This document shows positions 56,311 through 64,000 of a DNA stretch of 64,000 bases, one piece after another (positions within the stretch are counted from its first letter, which is position 1; each line of letters starts with the position of its first letter). This stretch comes from the human T2T-CHM13v2.0 reference genome, Homo sapiens. A program made the position numbers and the translations under genes. Location of the stretch: assembly GCF_009914755.1 (NCBI RefSeq), contig NC_060927.1; one strand, written 5' to 3'. Below the pieces are notes generated by a model, which worked only from the letters and a program-made list of their open reading frames with translations, was not told the origin of the DNA and made no database searches.

Positions 56311-57229
56311 TCACAGGAGAAAGTGTATAGCTATTTGGCGAAAGCTAAAGTGGGGCCATATTTTTACAAATCTCAAGCCCTACTTAATATATTTGTGCTG
56401 CCTTTAATTTTGCATTGGAAATGTCAGTCATTAATAGGAAATCCTTCACTCTTCCACAATCAAACAACAAAAATACCTATGTTTACTTTCGTTTCTTCTT
56501 TCTCACTATCATTACAATAGAGGAATTGACCTTTCCTCTCTCAAAGGTTTTCTGTCACTACTCTTGATCTCATCTCCCCTAGCTTTGACAAAATTAGCCA
56601 TCCTTAACTGTCCCATCTAAAATATATCTTATTATAATTGTTTTCATAGCCCTTATCAAACCTGGTACTACTTTTCTTAAATGTCCATATTTTTCTGCCC
56701 ATCTAGAATTAAGCTATATAGAGACAGATATCCTAGTTTGTATTATGTCATCTGGTACATAATTCCTATCTGACACATTGCAGGTGTTAAATTTTTAACT
56801 GAAAAACAGAAGACTATATGAGATGGTTACTGTGTTTGAAGATACTACAAATTGGCTTACCAATGAATTCTAAGGTTATTGCCAGGAATTAATAAGTTAA
56901 TGGATATAAAATATTTAAAACAGCTTGATCAAAATAAGCTATAATTTGCTAGTAATAACACTATTTCCATGAAAAAATGAGCTAGATTTTAAGAAACTGG
57001 ATATGAGACAGCATTCTGGCAATTAATTTGAAAACAAAAAAAACTATTATTTATTATCATCTCACGATACGACTTTGAAATGTGTAGCACATACGTGGGT
57101 TGGGCCAATGGATATCTTACTTCCTTTTCAACTAAAAATTCAGCAGCTTTGCAATTTGAGTCATTACAAAATGACAACATTATTATGGCTAAATTCAATA
57201 ACAAAGCTTCCAAGAGGATCTGTGATATA

Positions 57230-57900
57230 AAATAGGCTTCTTAAAACAACCAGTATTAGATAAAACCTTCCAGATCTAAGGCCTAGTATATAACGCACAG
57301 ATGGATGTGACTCTCTTCCCACTTGCTGGGAGCTCAGCATCTGATGAGCCTGTTATTTAAACTAATAATCAGAACACAGTGTGATCAGTGCTAGCCTATG
57401 AGAGATGTGTGTAGGAGTTTCTGTTAAAATCCAGTGGAGGAAGAAATTAATTTAGCTTCAAAAGTCTGGAAAGGCTTTATGTACAAGCCAGGAAAAGAGA
57501 GTGGGAATTTCCTAGACAAGTGAAACAGTGAATGTTAATCATAAGGAATAGAATAAATAGATATATACAAAACTATGTAAGTACTTGGAATGTTTGAGAA
57601 ATGGCAGTAGTCTAGAGGATACACTATTTCAGAAGAGGAAATAGAGAAATGACGACTGTAAAAGATAAGGCAGGAAAGTGAGGTTGGAAGAGGCATATTT
57701 ATTTGAATCAGTCAAGAATCTGTATTGACTGTATCTTCTAGGAAAGGGGAAAACAGCTCCACAAAACAGAAGAAAAAGACAACAAAAAACCTCTAGCAAT
57801 TATGAACAGGTATAAGGGCTTACAAAATTGAATGGAATGGTCTGCTGCAATGATAAATATGAAGTCTGAACTTTATTTTGTAGGACGCACCAAAGATTTA
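57230..57900 (+). mobile_element. L2 fragments
   Basis: gggagctcagcatctgatg..., ggaaaggcttt, tctgaactttattttgtagg. Confidence 0.4.
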
Positions 57901-57907
57901 AATGTGA

Positions 57908-58267
57908 GGCCAGGCGCTGTGGCTCATGCCTGTAATCCTAGCACCATGGAAGGCCAAGGTGCCGTGGAAGGCTGATCGCTTTGAGCTCAGGAGTTTGAGA
58001 CCAGCCTGGCAACATGGCGAAACCCAGTCTCTACTAAAAATACCAAAGTTAGCCAGGCGTGGTGGCACGTGCCTATAATCCCAGCTACTCAGGAGGCTGA
58101 GGCATAAGAATCACTTGAATCTAAGAGGTGGAGGTTGTAGTGAGCTGCAGTAGCGCCACTCCACTCCAGCCTGGGAGACAGAGAGAGATTCTGTCTCAAA
58201 AATAAATAAATAAATACATACATACATACATACATACATACATACATACATACATAGATAAATAGAT
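57908..58267 (+). mobile_element. Alu (J/S) with (TAAA)n(TACA)n tail microsatellite
   Basis: Dimer; TSD aatgtga; tail is a tetranucleotide repeat. Confidence 0.92.
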
Positions 58268-58744
58268 AATGTGAGGAGTTTCCAGGATAGATTTGAGAAA
58301 AGAGTTCGGGTAAATTGATGGTATAGTGAGAAGGGCATGTCTATACAAAACTAAGAATAACCAGCTGAATAAAACGAAGTTAAGAAAAATAAAACAGGAT
58401 TATCCACAAACTTGGGGGGGGGTGTCTTAAAATATAGGTATTATACATGGAATATGATGTAGATGATAAGAGGGAATTGTTATCACTTTTGAGTGAAGAA
58501 GACTCAAGATGTTAAAAGTGCTTTAGGAAAACTACTACTGAGTTAGTGGATGATTTGAAGGAGAGACTTGGAGTTAGTTGGAATCAGCTGTATCTGCCTG
58601 GGAATGTTGCAAAAAGGTAAGTCCTTTCTGTAGGACATTGGAATAATCATGTGTTACATAGCAGTTCAAAGAAATATAAACTTCAGTGTTTTGTTCATTT
58701 GGTTCAAATTTGGAATGCTAACTATGCTTCATGTTTAGTAAATA

Positions 58745-58840
58745 GATATTCATTATTATTCTCATTTTACAGATGAGGAAATTGAGGCACTGAGAGTTAA
58801 GGAACATGTCCATGGCCACACAGCTAGAAAGTGGTGCAGT
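58745..58840 (-). mobile_element. MIR core
   Basis: cattttacagatgaggaaattgaggcactgagagttaagg. Confidence 0.85.
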
Positions 58841-59589
58841 TAATTCAGTAAAGATGAATATGGTGACTTTTTACTAGTGTGCTTCAAATATACAGTATTT
58901 CACATATAAAAGCATAGGTGAACATGGTTTCTTTGTTATTATAAATTCTGACATGGTGTATGTCTTGCTTTCGACCAGGCAGAAATGGAGAGAAATATTT
59001 TAACATAAGGTGTAAAAGCACTCTGTTAGGGCTACCCTGTTTTAATCTTAATTTGAGGCTCCCCACAGTTTCCCTTTATGCCTATAAGTATTATTTTGTC
59101 AGAAGCCAGTGTCTGAACCTCCTTGCTGCCTAAAGATGCCTCAACAGTTGACTTCACTGTCCCTTTCTTTCCAGCTAGTTATTGGAAGAAAAATTGCATT
59201 ACAGTCTCAGACTGACAAATGAATAAGAGGCCAATGTCATTGTGAGTGTCAATTTTTCTCTAAAAATTATAAAACCAAACCAAAATAAAGATAGCTTTTA
59301 TAAAAACTACAAACCTCATCCAAGCAAAAACAAAAAACCGAAACAACAACAACAAAAAATTAGTCTTTCAGATCAAGGACTGTAGCTCTGAAGATGATAT
59401 AGATCTGAATGTCACTTCATTTTCAAACCATCAGCTTTGAAATTCTACTTCTTAGCTGCATTCCAATGTCTGGGAGCTGGGTCCTTGTCAACTACAAAGC
59501 AATGGAAAACAAGTGGGAATGAAAGAGTCCCGATAGTCTGTCAAAATCAACGAAATTAGGTACGAGTAAAGAGTAAAGTCTCTACTGTT

Positions 59590-59810
59590 ATAAACGGCCT
59601 GGATTTGAATCTTAGCTCTGCCACTTTTTAGCACATGATCTTGGACAAATTATTTGAATACTCCATGCCTCAGCTTCATTATCTCTAAAATGGGAACAAT
59701 AAATATATCTACCTAGTAGGATTGAAGTAAAGTAAAATGAGTTAATATATGTAAGCACAATTAGAACAGTACCTACATATGAGTGAGCTCTGTAAGCTTT
59801 AGCTATGGAT
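59590..59810 (+). mobile_element. MIR
   Basis: cctggatttgaatcttagctctgccac...gcctcagcttcattatctctaaaatggg...aatgagttaatatatgtaagcac. Confidence 0.85.
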
Positions 59811-60027
59811 GTGATTGTCCCCACTCAAAGAAAAACTTCTTGAAAGAGTGATCAATAATAGTTGTCTTCATTTTCTTTCCTCCTTTCTATCTTCAACTGA
59901 GATCAATTTGTTTTCACTGACTACCAAGCCATTGAAATTGCTTTTTTAAAGATTATCAGTGATATTCGTGTTTTCAATTCAAAAGTTATTTGTTGTTCTT
60001 TATACTACTTAATGTCTCAGTGACATT

Positions 60028-60098
60028 CTATATATATATATATTTATATATAATATATAAATATATATATTTATAATATATATGTTATATATATATAA
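60028..60098. repeat. (TA)-rich microsatellite at the Alu tail
   Basis: Imperfect TA run. Confidence 0.9.
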
Positions 60099-60395
60099 TT
60101 TTTGTTGTTTTTGAGATGGAGTTTCGCTCCTGTCGCCCAGGCTGTAGTGCAGTGGCATGATCTTGGCTCACCACAACCTCCGCCTCCTAGGTTCAAGCGA
60201 TTCTCCTGCCTCAGCCTCCCGAGTAACAGGGATTACAGGCATGCACCACCACACCCGGCTAATTTTGTATTTTTAGTAAAGATGGGGTTTCTCCATGTTG
60301 GTCAGGCTGGTCTCAAACTCCTGACCTCAGGTGATCCGCCCACCTCAGCCTCCCAAAGTGCTGGGATTATAGGCCTGAGCCACTAAGCCCAGCCC
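60099..60395 (-). mobile_element. AluSp-like
   Basis: gagtttcgctc and ggggtttctccatgttggtcagg diagnostics. Confidence 0.92.
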
Positions 60396-62351
60396 CACCT
60401 TCAATATTTTTAAGCACTGCTTTCTTATTAAAACATTTTGTTTCCTTGGCTTCCAGGAGATCACATTTTCCTGGTCTCCATCTTATTCAGGGACTCATTC
60501 CTGACACTTCTAATTCCTCCTTCACATTAAATAAATATTTGAATGCCACAGAACTATTAATGGATTGTAGATTCTTTTCACATATACTGCCTTATTCCAG
60601 GTAATCTTATACAACAATTTCAATAGCATCTTTACATGAAGACTGAATTTATAACTTTAGTTCTGACAGCAGTTCAGACTTCTCTACAGACCTGCAGATT
60701 CATACTATAATCATGCAATCACTTAAGTGTTATCTCCACTTGCAAATATAATAGAAATCATGAACTTAAAATGCCCAAAACAAAATACACCCGATCTGCT
60801 GTTTCAGATCTCCTCAAAAAGAAGACTCACTTCATCTTCCTATGAATCAATAGTTGTAGATTTTGTTACAACTTCTTTGGGATAAACATCAAAGAAAAAA
60901 ATGTAATATGTATTTAGATTACTCTTGTGTTACAAGTTTCTGAGAGTTAGAAAACTCTTGTTTTACTAATCTTGGCATCAACTGAAAGCTCAGGAGATTT
61001 TACTACTAAAAGGAAGGAGAGAATGAATAATAGAAGGCAGCTGTTTCTGCAACAGACGTGATTGATAAATATTTTGCTAAATAGAAGAACCTGATGTCTT
61101 CAGTTTAGAAAATAATCATTAAATTAATCAAAATTAACATGGCCCTGATTTTTGTTTTATTTAAAAAGCTATATTAATAGTGAGATTTCTCATTTAGGCA
61201 ATGACACATATGAAAAATATTTCACATTATTGTAGTATTATAATGCTAGAAAATTCCTTATTTCTTACACAGAAATAGGAAAAGGAAAAGGCCAAAGCTA
61301 CATCTGTTCATTGATTATATTAGTAATAGATATAATGTATTTGTTGATATGTTTTCAGATTAAAATATGTCAGAATCGAATGGCCAGAAATAATGTTTCT
61401 ATCTTACGATATAACTACATGAAGAACATGCTTGCTGTTTCTCCTCCGTGAATTTGCAAAGCCACCCAGAGTCACATCATCTCCACCTTCGCCTCCACAA
61501 GAAAACAAAAACAACAAAAAACAGAGAGGCATCACTAGAAACCTTAATGTCTAGACTTGATTTACAAGGTACAAATGCTCTGGATTTAGAACCAACTTCT
61601 TTTTCCTTACTTCAAATTAACTTACTAATGTACTTGGCCCTGATATTTGTTCACTCAGGCTTACGGTTTTTTATTTCTACATTTGGAGTTGAAAAATGTA
61701 TAAATATAATAGAAGCAATAATAACCATGGTATCCAGTCTTAGGAGTCAAAGACCAGTTTCGATTTAGCCTTGACTCGAGGCCCTTTGATTGACATTTCC
61801 ATTGCTAGAGTTAACTCAAGTCATTTTAAGATCCAACTAAATTTTATTTTGCCTTATCTGCAGGTTATCATTCTTGCAAGAATCATCTTATCCTGGCAGG
61901 ATCTTGATTTAAGGCTTTACAATTTAGTGAGGCTCCAAGGTCGTAAACAGTGTAGGTTTGTTTGGTAATACAACACCTGAAGATGGAATGCCAGCTCTTG
62001 AAAAGTCTGGGCAATAGTTAGACATGTCACACACTATATTCTCATTTACAATCAGGATGACTTTTAAAGTGTCTGATTCACAGTTTTCTCTTATGACCTG
62101 ATTTCAATATTTCTTTCAGGTATACACTTCTTATAAAATTTTGTTTCTCCCCAACTCACTCACCTCTAGGGAGGATGTCAGGCAAGATATTAGTATCAGT
62201 GAACACTCTGACAGTACATTCCAAAGGAATATTCATTTATCACATTTTTACTCAAAAAAATAAGTTTTCCTCCTGTGGAAAGTTGCTTTTAGTCCCGTAA
62301 GTCACATATCATATAGAAGCCACTATAGATATACAAGCATCTATGGATATT

Positions 62352-63587
62352 CAGTTAACACTTGAACAACACAAGTTTGAAATGCACAGGTGCACTTATA
62401 CGTGGATTTTCTTTCACCCCTGCCATCCTTGAGATAGCAAGACCAATTCCCCCTCTTCTTCTTCCTCAGCCTTCTCAATGTGAAGATGATGAGGATGAAG
62501 ACCTTTATAATGATCCACTTCCACTTGTCAACAACAAGGGTCAAACTGCAAAATATTTGAAGAGATTGATTCTGAGCAAAACATGAGTGACCATGGCCTG
62601 TGACACACCCCTCAGGAGATCCTGAGAACATGTTCCCAAAGTGGTTAGGGCACAGCCTGGTTTTATATATTTTGGGGAGACATGAGACATCAATCAAATA
62701 CATTTAAGATGTACATTGGTTCGTGACAACTGAAAGTGGGCAGGGGCGGGATTGGGCGGAAGGAGTGTTCCAGGTTATAGGTAAATTTAAAAATTTTCTG
62801 GTTGACAATTGGTTGAGTTTATCTAAAGATCTGGGCTCAATAGAAAGGGAATGTTTAGGTTAAGATAAAAGATTGTGTGGACCAAGTTTCTTAAGTCTCA
62901 TAGTGGCTGCCCTTAGAGACAATAGATGACAAATGTTTCCTATTCAGACCTTTAAAATGTGCTGGACTATCAGTTAATCTCTTCATGATTGGGAGGGCCT
63001 GGAAGCAATAAGATCTAGCTATGTTTACAGAGATTCTTTACAGATGCAAATTCCCCCTGCCCCCGCAAAGGATGGCTTTGGCTTTGCAGGACCATTTCAA
63101 AATATGGCAAAGAAACATGTTTTGGGGTAAAATATTTTGATTTTCATCTTTATCTGTCATGTAATGTTATGACAGAGTCAGGTTGAAAAGTAAGTCATAA
63201 TATATAGGGTTAAATAAAACCCATCTGATAAGAATTTCTGGTTTGTGGGGCATGACTCCCCAGTCCCCTTAGATAGGAATTTGGGAAAAATAAGAAAAAA
63301 TCAGAGTTAGTCATCACACTTAATGAGTAGTAGTAAATATATTTTCTCTTCCTTATGTTTTTTTTTAATAACATTTTCCTTTCTCTAGCTTTCTTTATTG
63401 TGAGAATACAGTATAAAACACATATAACATACAAAATATGTTTTAACTCTTTGTGTTATCCATAGGGCTTCCAGTCAACAGTAAGCTATTAGTAGTTAAG
63501 TTTTTTGGGGGAGTCAAAAGTTATACACTAATTTTCAGCTGTGCAAGAAGTTGGTGACCCAACTCCCACAATTTCAAGGCTCAAATA
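62352..63587 (+). mobile_element. Tigger2a (MER28) DNA transposon split by MER4E LTR
   Basis: cagttaacacttgaacaacac terminal repeat; gatgatgaggatgaagacctttataatgatccacttccact...taatgagtag continues across the LTR. Confidence 0.85.
62526..63316 (-). mobile_element. MER4E-like solo LTR
   Basis: Homologous to 32563-33687; perfect 4-bp TSD cact. Confidence 0.88.
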
Positions 63588-64000
63588 TACACATAGAAGC
63601 ATCTATAGACGTACAATTAGATATTAGTAAAGAGAGTTTGTTAGAATGTTGTCACTCAATAATAATATGTTGTTATTAGTAGTAAGATGGGTAATAAGTT
63701 ATTTGATATTAACGTTAGCAAAAGTTCTGAAGTTTAAAAATATGAGAAGTGATATAAAGGGGAGAAAGAAGGCTAAAAAGGCATTTAGAAGCCTCACTGA
63801 AATATATAATTGAGAGTATTCACCTGGAAGTGGTATACGGACTGACGTTTATAGACAACCAAATTTTTTGCGTTCATGTGGATATGTCACAACTATTTTT
63901 GCTATAATTTCATATTATGCATCTATGGAACAATGATGTCATCTTTCAATTTCAAGATGGATAATCTGGTATTTTAAGTTATTTTGTAATTTATATCCAT

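Noticed and set aside
61448-61968. 106-aa and 65-aa ORFs in unique DNA
   Set aside because: GTG/TTG starts, no recognisable domain and no convincing exon structure.

Overview
This is AT-rich primate genomic DNA, most likely human or another ape given AluY, HERV-H/LTR7 and HERV-W/LTR17. It looks intergenic or deep-intronic. I find no intact cellular protein-coding gene, tRNA, rRNA or CRISPR array, and nearly all listed ORFs are Alu/LTR/L1 read-throughs or decayed retroviral genes. By my tally roughly a third of the window is LTR-retroelement derived. It includes a HERV-H provirus (intact 5' LTR7, His PBS, splice donor, gag/pro/pol relics) that stops abruptly at the start of RNase H with no 3' LTR. 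It also holds a two-LTR ERV-L/MLT2 provirus on the minus strand (pro, RT and dUTPase relics), a solo HERV-W LTR17, many MER4-group and MaLR solo LTRs (often nested), about 20 Alus, an old L1M, MIR/L2 fragments and a Tigger2a. Repeat-poor islands between them carry dense developmental transcription-factor motif clusters (~26.1, ~35.7 and ~56.1 kb) resembling gene-desert enhancers. The best leads are the 3'-amputated HERV-H with a possible host terminal exon at ~30.6 kb, these motif clusters and a tail-less Alu that keeps its TSD. I see no evidence for a wholly new biological system. Repeat subfamily names come from recalled consensus sequences and need RepeatMasker/Dfam confirmation.
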